From: Octopus bimaculoides
Taxonomy: Eukaryota
Reading direction: 5' to 3'
Assembly: GCF_001194135.2 (NCBI RefSeq)
Contig: NC_068994.1
Span: 58,704,831 to 58,745,647, forward strand
Length of the DNA: 40,817 nucleotides
The translations under genes and the position numbers were made by a program. Under the pieces are notes generated by a model. That model worked only from the letters and a program-made list of their open reading frames with translations, was not told the DNA's origin and did not search any database. This document shows positions 12,119-24,557 of the stretch, piece after piece (positions within the stretch are counted from its first letter, which is position 1; every line of letters starts with the position of its first letter).

Positions 12119-13957
12119 GTAGCAGGACAGGAGAGAAAGTGATGTCATTAATTAAACAAGCTAGATTATATTTCCTGAGTGAAAAGGATACTAGGGTGAG
12201 TGGGTGAACGTTCCCCTGTGAGGCTCACATAAGACTGACCATTGAAGAACCAGCCAGGAGGTAACTGGTCAACACTATGGCGTTTCTGTAATGAAAAGGC
12301 ACAAATTAACACAAATACATTATTATTATTATTATTATTATTAACGCCATGAGAGCTTGTAACCTCCCTCTAAATTCAATCCAACCTCACTGAGAGTCAT
12401 GTGACTCTCAGAGAAACCATTTGGTGCCATTGCCAATTATAATTAACTCACAGTTTTAACGAACTTTCATTAACAAATATCTGAAGATATCAAGCAGAGT
12501 GACAAACCTGAATCAACCGGACAAGTTTGTTTGACAGCTGGTGACGGTCAATAAGTGGTTTTTGGCTACCAATCTGCAAGAGAGAGAAAGAGAGAGAGAG
12601 AAAGAGATGATGATGATAAACAAATTGTTGATGGTATGTAGGATTTTAGTAGTGTTTGTAGTGTGTGTTGTGGTGGAGTGAACATGAGATGGAGTGTGAG
12701 TGTGGTTGCATCAGGTCCTTCAAGTTAACCCTTCTAATAGAAAAAACACTGTGATAGAAGAATAGAAAAATGAAAATGACAAAATAACACCTTAATTAAT
12801 GGACAAACCCTTTACCTTTTTAAGGCAGGTCTTCAGCCATGTCTTCAGTTCGTCTTTGTTGAGATGACAACCAGAGAAGACAAGGAAGGAGTTTTGCTGT
12901 GATTGAAGCTTCTGACCAGGGGGCTGTGGCTGTAGGGTCACCTTGTCGATGATCAGTTGAGTGGACAGTGTTATGTATTGGAGCTCACACATAGATTTTT
13001 CTTCTGAGAGATGCAGACACATACAGAAAGAAGGCACTATAAGCAAGCTGCTATAAATAACGTACCATAATTAAAGTAATACATAGAAAATGTCCATTAT
13101 GTTAGAAATAGAAAACAGAAGATTGATCTAGCTGGATCTGTGATGTGAGAACTATTAATATAGCATTGATGATATCCTCCAGTTGGTTAGGATGAATTTA
13201 TCTGCATGGATGCACCTGGTGAAAAACACCTTTCATAAATTTAGAGAGTCACTGGAACTCTTTAATTTAAGCAGGATGTGTACTCTTTCCACTGTTCATT
13301 TCCTATGTCTGTTTATGTGTGACTTTAATCTTTTGAGCACCATCCAATTAACGGAGGAGTTGGTGTTTCAGTCTCTCTTCACTCTTATACTACAACACTG
13401 CACAACATGATAATGGTGATGAGAATGACGATGATGATGATGACGATGCAGGTACCATGGTAAAGTGCACAAAGTACACTCTGTTACATGGTTGGCTAAT
13501 GAGTGGAGACAGAGTAGGGTAGAGAGGAGCTTTTAGTCTTGTCATGGACATAACAACTCTAATGGTGATATGATAAAATGCACACAGCATACTGTGTGAA
13601 GTGGTTGGTGATAGGAAGAGCATCCAGCTGTAGAGACTATGCTGAAAATGAAATGTCTACACAAGACAAGGTTGCTCAACCCATCAAGGAAGACAGTAAC
13701 ACTGAGTAAGAACTGACATAGGCTGTGATGTCTTGACCAACCCATGCCACTATTGAAAGGGGATGTAAAATGATGATGATGATGTTCTTACATAAAGTGG
13801 GTAACTGTGTGCTACTTACTTAGGAATTGAACTTGCCCTCGCACATGGTAGATGTTGCCGTGGAAAGGATATCCTACCAACTGTTCTTTCAGACCTGTTG
13901 AATTCAAGTGGTATATACATATATGCATAGACATATCTGTGTGTGTGTGTGTGTGTA

Positions 13958-14000
<43 letters not shown>

Positions 14001-17000
14001 TACACAGCTTCATTTTAAAGTCACTGTGCAATCTTAAATTCTGAAATATAAACATTAATAACTTTAGTTCTAAGATATTAATTATTTAGGTTTTTAGTTC
14101 TAATTAAGTTATTTAGTTCTAAGATAGAATTCTTCTGTGAGAGAGATTTACAAAACTGATCTGTGTAGTCAATCAAAACAATTTATTAAAAATATTTAAT
14201 TACATAAAAAAATAAAATCTAACAATTACTTGGACTGTACTTTATTTAATGGGATATAAATATGATGCATAGGCTATGATATAAGAGATATGTCATAAAC
14301 ATGATACTACATACAGAATGATATAAGAAAAAGACAATATGTTAATATGAACTCTAATATTAAATTAATTAACTTTAAGATACATTATAGTCAGTAATAT
14401 AACTAATTTTATGATGTAATCTAGTTAGTAATTTTAAGAAAACAGCTAATCTTTTTTTTGGCAATTTATTTTTTTAATGAAAAGTTTTCCTGTAGTGAAA
14501 ATAGTTATGGTAAAATTTCCTTTAACCATTTCTAAGTGCCATGAGCTATGATACAACGTATTACATATTTATGATCTCTCATTGTTATATGGTTATATGG
14601 TTATATGGTTATATGGTTATATGTCAAGATAAATGAAGACAAAATAGGAAATCACAATTATGATTTGTTATGATCTGTGATACGTCAGTAAATCCTAAGT
14701 TATGATATAAATGACAACCATGACAACTATGATAATCTGGGATATATCCACTTGTGATACATCACAGATTATCTACCAACCTGTTAATCTCTGTATGAAC
14801 AAAGTTTTATCCAATTGCTTGTCAAACACCAGTTTCACATCCATCACAGGGACAGCAGCAGAATATTGTGTTTTCGATGTCTGAGGGTCCATCCTGAAAG
14901 ATGGCAATAATCATTACTAGAGCAGGGTGGAGTGGGGATGGAAGACAGTTAGAAGCTTTCTAACTATAATGACTTGAATATTATCACATTGTTATTTGAT
15001 TATAATGTAATCAACTCTCCGAAATTATAATCAACATTATTGTCCAGTAACCAACATTATTACATTAAAAGAGATATGAAAGAATCAGCAATATCAGCTC
15101 TTTTAATTTGATATTATTTAGACACTGTGAAAATGAAAAAAAAAAAAAAAAAAATGGGATGGCCATGAGTGGAATGTCTTGACCTTTACCATGATCTCTG
15201 TCTGATAATGTTCCACTACAAGACAGAGCAGGACGTTACTGGCATCTCTTCATTATCATATTGAAACCAATGTTTATTGTTCATTCATTGTTATTCATAA
15301 AATGTCCCCATAAACAGCTGCCCCTGTTTGTTGATTTAGCACTTGGGGCCACAACAGAAGGCAAAGAATGAGAAGACCTAGACTCAATTGCCTTCAGGGT
15401 TAGAAATAGCAAACAGCTTCCCATATGTGCACTTACCAATTCGGAGTTATCAGGTGTCTGGATCTGATCAGTTCTTCAGTGTTGAAGCTATTTTCTGAAA
15501 GGATCAGATCAATATCGGAACTCCTGAAGAAAGGAAGAAGCGGATTAAGAGATTTAGAAGTCTTTAATGTTAATTAGACAGGATTAGATAACGGCTTAGA
15601 CTGAAGGCAAAGTCAACAGATTGCATGGAGGGGCCAGAAGTAAAATGAATGAGGTCCTAGTTCGTTCAAATAGGGAATCTTTCAGAGAAAATGGAGTATA
15701 ACAGGATGGATATGAGGGCAAGGAATCAAGAATTAGTCACAGATCAGGATTAGTATCCCTAAAGATACAATGGTTTTTAGATCCGGGACTCGAGAATGAA
15801 CAATAAATTAAGGAAAGTATACACACACACACACACAAGCAATATATTATTGCAACCACTATCTGCACAGCTATCTTCTTCAGAAGTTCTGAAGAAGAGA
15901 GCTGTGTGGATAGTGGTTCCTTATGTTTTTAGTCACTCAATCAATCGACTGATAAGATGAATGCACCAAAACGGACATCTGAAACAGCTGTAAGCCTATA
16001 ATCAATAAATAAATGTGTATGACCCATTATTTCTGTCTATTTTATGTATCAGTCTGTTAAAACCTACGGTCTTAACTGGGTTCTGCAGCCATGGATTTAC
16101 AAATTCGACTGGCGATGGTGATTAGGATTGCCTGGAATACAATAACGATCCCAACAAGACTTCTCTGTTAGCCTAGTGTGTTTCTGTTTCAATCTGGAGA
16201 GACCTTTGGTTTTGGTTAATGGTGATGGCTTTATTGGTGCCTCCATTTAATAATAAAACACCAGAAAAGGGGGAAAAATATTGCCAAAGTCATTTATAAA
16301 GAACATCACTGAACAATCCAGCATCACCCTGCCATGGAATCCGGAGTCTGCAAGAAGATTCTCGAGGACAACCGGAACATACGTCGCATTGCTGTGAAAT
16401 ATTTCCTGGCTGAGCTCAAAGCTGTTATTTTACATTATTGGAATTATTTCAGTAATGACTAAAGTTTATATATTAAGCCCCATTAATAACACGTAGACTT
16501 CCATCACATTTACATTGAACCGGAAAGAAATCATTAAATGAATGTTATAAATTATCAGATGAATCGGCCTTTTTTTTTCAGAAATAGATTTAACGGTGTA
16601 AGGGAAATAACTCAAACTTGCAGGATTATTTCCCTTTGTCCACATTTCTTCCTTTCAACGGATTTTCTAGAAAATAAAACAATTGAAACTCAATTTATCG
16701 ATGTTTAATCAAAGATCGAATCGAAAATTAAATATGTTTATTGATACACTGAGTATAAGAGCGAAGCCTGTGAAAGCTGGCTTATTTTTATCGCTTTGTA
16801 TACGGATTTAAGCTTAGCTTAGTCTACGCGTTCGCGTTGGACCTTGTGAGTGGATTTGGTGGACGGAAACTGAAAGAAGCCTTGTGTGTGTGTGTGTGTG
16901 AGCGCGCTTCTTTGTGTCCTGTTTGTCCCTCACCACTGCTTGACGACCGGTGACGGTGAGTTTACCTCCCCATAACTTAGCGGTTCGACAAAAGATACCA

Positions 17001-18847
17001 ATAGAGTAAGTACCAGGCTGAAAAAAACAAAACAAAACAAAACGAGTCCCGAGGTCGATTGATTTGACTAAAAATTTCCCAAGGCGGTGCCCCAGCATGG
17101 CCACAGTCTAACGATTGAAACATATACAAGAGAGAAGATATTGTTCTATTAAAAATAGCAACAACAACAACAACACGAGTGGAAATGTGTAAAGTAGTTG
17201 TTATGGTCGAAATGTCCAGAAAGGAAAAGACCAGAGACGGGGTGTGGGGGGAGGGGATAAGAGAAATTCTTACATGTTTAGTTGACCATCAAAAACGGTG
17301 AGGATGTTGACTTGGTGGTTCTTCTTCTTCACCAATTGTTCTATCTTCTTGATGAGATGGAGGTTCTTCTGGAGTGGTGGTCATGAAAGAGATATAACAA
17401 CAGCAATAATAATTCTTTCTACTATAGGCACAAATCCAGAAATTTCTTTGGGGGTGGGGGNNNNNNNNNNNNNNNNNNNNNNNNNNNNNNNNNNNNNNCC
17501 CACCCACTCCGTATTCAACTTATTTTATTGACCCCAAAAGAATGAAATGCCAAAAGAACTTTGTCAGAATTTGGACTCTTTCAGTTTCCCTCTACCATAT
17601 CCACTCACAAGGCTTTGGTTGGCCTGAGGCTATAGTGGAAGACACTTGCTGAAGATGCCATGCAGTGGGACTGAACCCAGGACCATGTGGTTGGGAAACA
17701 AGCTTCTTACCACATAGCCATGCTTGAGTCTATAAAACATATTTTGGTGAAAAAAAAAATGACATCATTGGTTCCAGGTTTCTTTTAACGGTCCAGTTCC
17801 TGCCCTGTAATGTTTCTGATGACATAACAAGGGAGTTTCTGAACCACTGTGGTGGAGCACCAACCACAAGTAGTGTTTGTGATTTGAAAGTTCTGGATTT
17901 TTTATTCTAACTTATTTAGAAAGCCAAATACAAATTCTGTATGAAATAAAATATCACCATTGCCAGATTTTGTTTAGAATTCTCTAAAATTCTGTAGAGA
18001 AGTTTGATATGAAAGTGGTGAAGAAGGAGAGGAGACGTGGTCATGTTTGGACTTACCTCAGACTTCTTGGAAGCAATAAACAGGATGTTATTGACCCAAC
18101 CTTCCAGACATTGGTTCCACAGTGTAGGAAACATGAATCTACAAGAGACAAAAGAAACAGCTCATCAAAAACGATGTGTTGTTGCTGTTGTTGTTGTTAT
18201 TGTGGCGATGGTGGTGTTAGGCAGGGCTGGTGTGGTGTCTAACAAATGTAAATAATGAACAGCAGTAGGGTCTCACTGAATTTGTGCAGTGATGAGTGTG
18301 AGCAGAGGTTAGGATGTTGGATTAGTGAAGGATGATACAGAGGAGTGCAGCTTGTTAGAAGTGAAAGCAGGTAAGCCATGAAGATATACCGAAGCTTGTA
18401 AAAGGTACAAAAGTGAATGATGAGGTTCCCCACAATTGGTATAATGTGAGTGAGTGTGGTGGGATGGAGTGAAGGCTGCTGCATAATGTGGTGTTGGTGA
18501 GGTAAGGGTGGTGTTTCAGTGTAGTGTGGTGTACAGTATAATACAATGGAGTGTGGGGTGGGCACTGTACCTGTTCTCCAGAAAACTGTTGTCAGGATTC
18601 ACACAAACTGTGACAGCACCTAACAAGGGAAATGACTGGAGTTAAATATTAATTGCAACAGATGGCACCACGCACACACACACACATATGCAGATAGATA
18701 GCTAGGCTCAGATAGAGGTCATTTAATAATGGCCTTAAAAGTGCTGTCGATACAAGTGAGTGGACAAACGAAAGAAAAAGCACAACGTAAAGTTTCTGCA
18801 AGAAGCCTGTGAAACTTTAAGCTGCATGGAACCAAATCAAATTGTTT

Positions 18848-18910
<63 letters not shown>

Positions 18911-21811
18911 GCAACAACAACACACACACACACAGATACAAATATACTCACATTCACACATACACAAATATATGTATATGTATATATNNNNNNNNNNNNN
19001 NNNNNNNNNNNNNNNNNNNNNNNNNNNNNNNNNNNNNNNNNNNNNNNNNNNNNNNNNNNNNNNNNNNNNNNNNNNNNNNNNNNNNNNNNNNNNNNNNNNN
19101 NNNNNNNNNNNNNNNNNNNNNNNNNNNNNNNNNNNNNNNNNNNNNNNNNNNNNNNNNNNNNNNNNNNNNNNNNNNNNNNNNNNNNNNNNNNNNNNNNNNN
19201 NNNNNNNNNNNNNNNNNNNNNNNNNNNNNNNNNNNNNNNNNNNNNNNNNNNNNNNNNNNNNNNNNNNNNNNNNNNNNNNNNNNNNNNNNNNNNNNNNNNN
19301 NNNNNNNNNNNNNNNNNNNNNNNNNNNNNNNNNNNNNNNNNNNNNNNNNNNNNNNNNNNNNNNNNNNNNNNNNNNNNNNNNNNNNNNNNNNNNNNTATAT
19401 TTCTATGCATGTATGTATTTAAAATACTGCTTCATATTCTTTGATAGTGAAAAGGCCTTTTGTGAAGATTTTATTAATGCCTACTGCCTACCCTGAGTGC
19501 TACTTATTCAGGACATGAGGCTGATAAAGACAACAGTGTGCTGTAGTGTCTAAAACTGACTAAGATGACCAATGAGTCATTGTGTCCAACTGTTAGTGAC
19601 CACCAAAATTTACTGGATGAAGAAAGACATAACAGAAACTGACCGATGTCCATCTGTGCAGCAATGTTGCGGTCTGGATGTGAGTGGACAGCTCGGACCA
19701 CATCAATGATTTCAGTATAACTGTAAATAGAAAAGCAGAACAACTAAATAGTGTGTGTGTGTGTGTGTGTGTGGTGGGGTTAATCCAAGTGGAATGACTG
19801 GTGGGGGTGGCATGGTATGGCGGCTGCTGAGTCAGGTTTTAAGTTCAAATCCACCCTTAGCCCTTTACTGTTGTGTGTTAAAATAATAATGGCAAATGGA
19901 TTACTTCCCTACAGCAGTGGACAATGACTGACCCTTCTAAAACAATAAACAAGACTTACCCAGGAACAACAACAATGATTCGCATGGATTTTCTGCCTCC
20001 GCTGGCGGATCTCCGGACCTGCTGGGATTGATTTTGCAGACTGCAAGAGAGCTGGTGCTGCAACTTCTTTGCATCAAACTCTTCTGCATTCCTGATCGGT
20101 TGCTGAAAGATTATCCAACTGTAGAGAGACAAAACACAACGAAGATGGCAGTAAACGACAAAGGTGACACAGAAATGTTCCATTTAATATATTAACACAA
20201 TACAAAAATTAGGCTAAAGTGGAGCAGCTGATCCACATCGATTGTCCTGGTTATGTTAACACAGTAGAGAGAAACGGAGGCAAGATGGAGGTCCTGGCAT
20301 TTGAGATATTAACTGGTGACAACAAGTATCTGATTTAGGTGAGATGATGACATAAACTGAACACAGACTGTTGTTGGGTGGGTGGAGATTGTTAGCGTGA
20401 AGGAGAGGATGCAACCCATCCAGGAGAAAGAAAACCTTGATTCCGTACCTTTGCTGCTTCGTGGCCAAACCCAACCACTCGGCCATGGAAAAAAACTTTG
20501 GAAGTAAATTCTAAGGGAAATTGGGAGTTGGAGGCTCATTCTTGGAGTCTATAATCTCATTCTGACAACTCCTGCGATGACAATGCCAACGCCAAATTGT
20601 AACGGTCATGCTGTTCCTTTCGATCCATCATTGGTGTGGAGAAGGGTGAAACACTTCTTTGGCAACAACCTGTCTTCCATACCACGTTGATCAGGTCTGG
20701 ATCCAGTTTGACTGGAGAGATAGAACCAGACAACTTACTGGGAGAGGAGACTCTTGCCTTGTCTCTGGCAATGACACAATGCAGAGAACCACAGTGACCA
20801 GCCACAAGTGAAACAGAAGCAGGACAGACGACCCCCGAGTCTGACTTGGAGTTGGTGCATTGGACCATTCGGCTACAGCCAATGGTGTTGCAATGGGACG
20901 ATGGGCAACTAGGGCCTTCGTTTATGGTCATTAGTGATATACAGAGGTCTGAGTTAACAACAACAACAACAACACACACCACCACCACCACCACCACCAC
21001 CACCACCACCACCACCACCACCATGTTCATTCCTCACCATTNNNNNNNNNNCCACCACCACCACCACCACCACCACCACCACCACCACCACCATGTTCAT
21101 TCCTCACCATTCATCATCATCAGCACTCACCTGTTATAGTCTTTGGCCAGTCCAGTGAAGACTTTGCAGAAACTCTCTTTATAACTTCCTCTGATTCCAG
21201 CCAGTATAGTGACCACAACCTGAAAGTTGACCATACAATACTTTTACTCATTAATACTAATTATTGACCAAACAATTCTAATCGTTACTGCTGACAACGA
21301 TGTCATCGTAATTAACAGCATCCCTTGTAGTTGCCCTTGGAAATCATTCTTTCACTTTCTTTTACTTGTTTCAGTCATTAAACTGTGGCCATGCTGGGGC
21401 GATGCCTTTGTTTTTAAAAGCCTGGTACTTATTATTTTTGCTGGACCATTAAGTTACAGGGGATGTAAACAAACCAACACCAGTTGTCAAGTGGTGGTGA
21501 GGGAACAAACACAGACACAGACAGACAGACAGACAGACACACACACACACACACGACAAGCTTCTTTCAGTTTCCATCTACCAAATCCATTCACAAGGCT
21601 TTAGTCAGCCCAAAGCTACAGTAGAGACACTTGCTGAAGGTGCCACATAATGGGATTGAACCAAAAGCCATGTGGTTGGGAAGTAGATTTCTCACCCACT
21701 TCATCATACCTGTGTGTGGGTATGTATGTGTGTATATATGTACGTATATATGCATGAGTGTTTGTGTGTGTCTCCTCCTCTGTTTCCCTCTACACCACCA
21801 CTACCACCACC

Positions 21812-21869
<58 letters not shown>

Positions 21870-22674
21870 CAGCCAGCATACTTACCCTGTGTTTGTTATC
21901 TTCAGTGCCAGTAGTAGTAGTAGGCAATGGGCTGGACCCTGTCAGTAGAATTCTCCCCAGGTCAGTGACGATCGGTTGTTGTATGTGGCTGTTACTGACC
22001 AATAAATGGTGCAGGAAACTGTAACACAGAAGCAATGTTATTGCTGTTGTTGTTTAAAGCAGACTCTGTTCTGTTTAGTGTTGACTCTCAGAAGAAAAAA
22101 ACTATCCTCAGAACCAGAGAACAGATTCATGTTTCTATTTTGGTCAAGACCCTCTCTTGCTTGAGTTTTGCCTGCAATGCCTCATTAGGTTGTGGACTTG
22201 CAGGAAAAACTCAGATGGGCAACAGACTGACTTGACCAAAATTTTAAAGTATCATATATACATATATATACGTATATATATATATATATATATATATCGC
22301 TAACTCCAAAAGTTTTTTTATTCTCTCTGTTTATTTCTCTTGTTTCTTTCTGTTGAAGAGCCTAGGCTCGAAATGTAAAATACTCTCTCACCTTCCTGAG
22401 CATCAAACTAATACACCTGTTTGTTGTTTATACACTTGTCTTTGTCTTTTGTTTTTCTGTAAATTTCAACTATATATATAAAGAAAGGAAGGAAGGAAGG
22501 AAGGAAGGGGTGGGGCATAAGAACCACACCCGTCTCCTTGACCCTTAGCATTCAATAAATAGAAAAAGTCTTACATGTCCAGTCCATGGAGATGGTTATT
22601 TGCTTGTTCCAGTGTCCACACCATCTTCTGATTTGCAGCTACTTCCAATGAAGAGGTCAGTTTGGAGTTACACC

Positions 22675-22724
<50 letters not shown>

Positions 22725-22779
22725 GATTAGAAGTGCATGCTACAGTGGGGTTATAGTGGCCAATGTATGTGTGTGTCCG

Positions 22780-22823
<44 letters not shown>

Positions 22824-24467
22824 TGAAAAATGTCTGGTAAATAAACAAATGATATAACACATACTGAGTGAACAACTGGACGGGAGGCAAACCCAGAGGG
22901 TCCCTAATTCTTCCTCAGTTATCAACCAATTGCTAATACTCACTTTCACACCATTAACAATTATTTGACTGACAGCTAATTTAGTTAGTTCTTCGTAGAG
23001 TGAAAAACAAAAAAAAAACAAACAAAATATGACAAACAACTTTAATTGATTTTCGAATCTCACTGGATTTTCATGAGAGGTGTCTCCATCAATTTGACCA
23101 ATTCCAGAGAAACAAGCAGTCAGTCTGTTTTTATACTCAACAATTACCATTGCTACTGAAAACTGGGGCTACTTAAGTGCATAATATGAATGTTAGCGCT
23201 GTATTTGATATGAGGGGCCTATCAACAGGGATCTCAGTCTACACAGTTTCAAGGTATGATGTGTGTGTGTGTGTGTGTGTGTGTGAAGGTGCATGGCTCA
23301 GTGGTTAGAGCGTCAAGCTTTCGATCGTGAGGTTGTGAGTTCTATTCCTGGACTGGTTTGTGTGTTGTGTTCTTGAGCAAGACACTTTATTTCACGTTGG
23401 AAAAAGGATGTACAGTATGTTATGTCATTACTTTGCAATTAAGATCTTAACGAGCTTGCATTAGAGAGGAAGTGACAGTGTTAGAAGGATGGTGGAGTGG
23501 GGGTGAAGACAGAATCATCTTACAACTTTGCTATGTGGCTTGGAAGCTGCTTCAGGTAGACAAGTGGAATGGTTCCATCCTTCCAGTGTGGCAGCAACTG
23601 GAACAGAAAGAAAAGTTAAGAATTATACTCAGCATGCGCGCACACGCACACACACGCGCACACACACACACACACACAATATTATGTATTCAGAAGAGCA
23701 TGCTGACCTCCTTTACTTCCAAACTTCACACATCCCCCCACCCCGTATTAACTGCCCATGTTTCACTGCAGATATCACATTTTGTATACAAACACCAAAC
23801 AATCAAAATAAAACAGCAGAATAAAAAAAAACAAAAAAACATCCAACTCATTTTTGAACCAAGAAAGAAATTCTGTTTTCAAAATGACAAACCTTAGCAT
23901 AGAGAGTTTTGTTGGCCTTCGTCTTTGGTTGGAATAACAATATCAGTGTTCTGCGGTCGTTGAGAGAAGGAACCAGTAATTTATGTGGGCAGCTGGTTGC
24001 TGTTAGGTTGAGCAACACGACAACTACAGAGCTACTTGAGTCCTTGTTAAAGAGAAATGAATAAATTATACATAAATACATACATAAATAAATTGGTCGG
24101 CCCGAGACTATAGTAGATGATTCTTGCCCAAGGTGCTACGCAATGGGACTGAAACCAGAACCATGTGGTTGAGAAGGAATCTTCTAACCACACAGCCATG
24201 TCAGTACACGTGGCCGTTGCCAGTACCACCTGACTGGCCCTCGTGCCAGTGGCATGTAAAAGCACCCACTACACTCTCAGAGTGGTTGGCGTTAGGAAGG
24301 GCATCCAGCTGTAGAAACTCTGCCAGATCAGATTGGAGGCTGGTGTAGCCATCTGGTTTCACCAGTCCTCAGTCAAATCGTCCAACCCATGCTAGCATAG
24401 AAAGCGGACGTTAAACGATGATGATGATGATGTACACACACACACACACACATATATATACACACAC

Positions 24468-24557
<90 letters not shown>

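Noticed and set aside
14582-14622. (TTATATGG)n array and other short arrays considered as CRISPR-like
   Set aside because: Simple tandem repeats without unique spacers, in eukaryotic DNA.
16334-16462. 42-aa ORF with good Kozak context, considered as a nested gene
   Set aside because: Better explained as a mariner transposase fragment.
22740-23150. 136-aa minus ORF with GTGAGT and GTGAGA donors inside a DNAAF9 intron
   Set aside because: The host intron is phase 2 and both candidate cassettes hit stops in that phase; at most a faint LINE RT relic.
23288-23360. Possible tRNA gene
   Set aside because: A and B boxes are present but there is no acceptor stem, and it runs into a SINE body.
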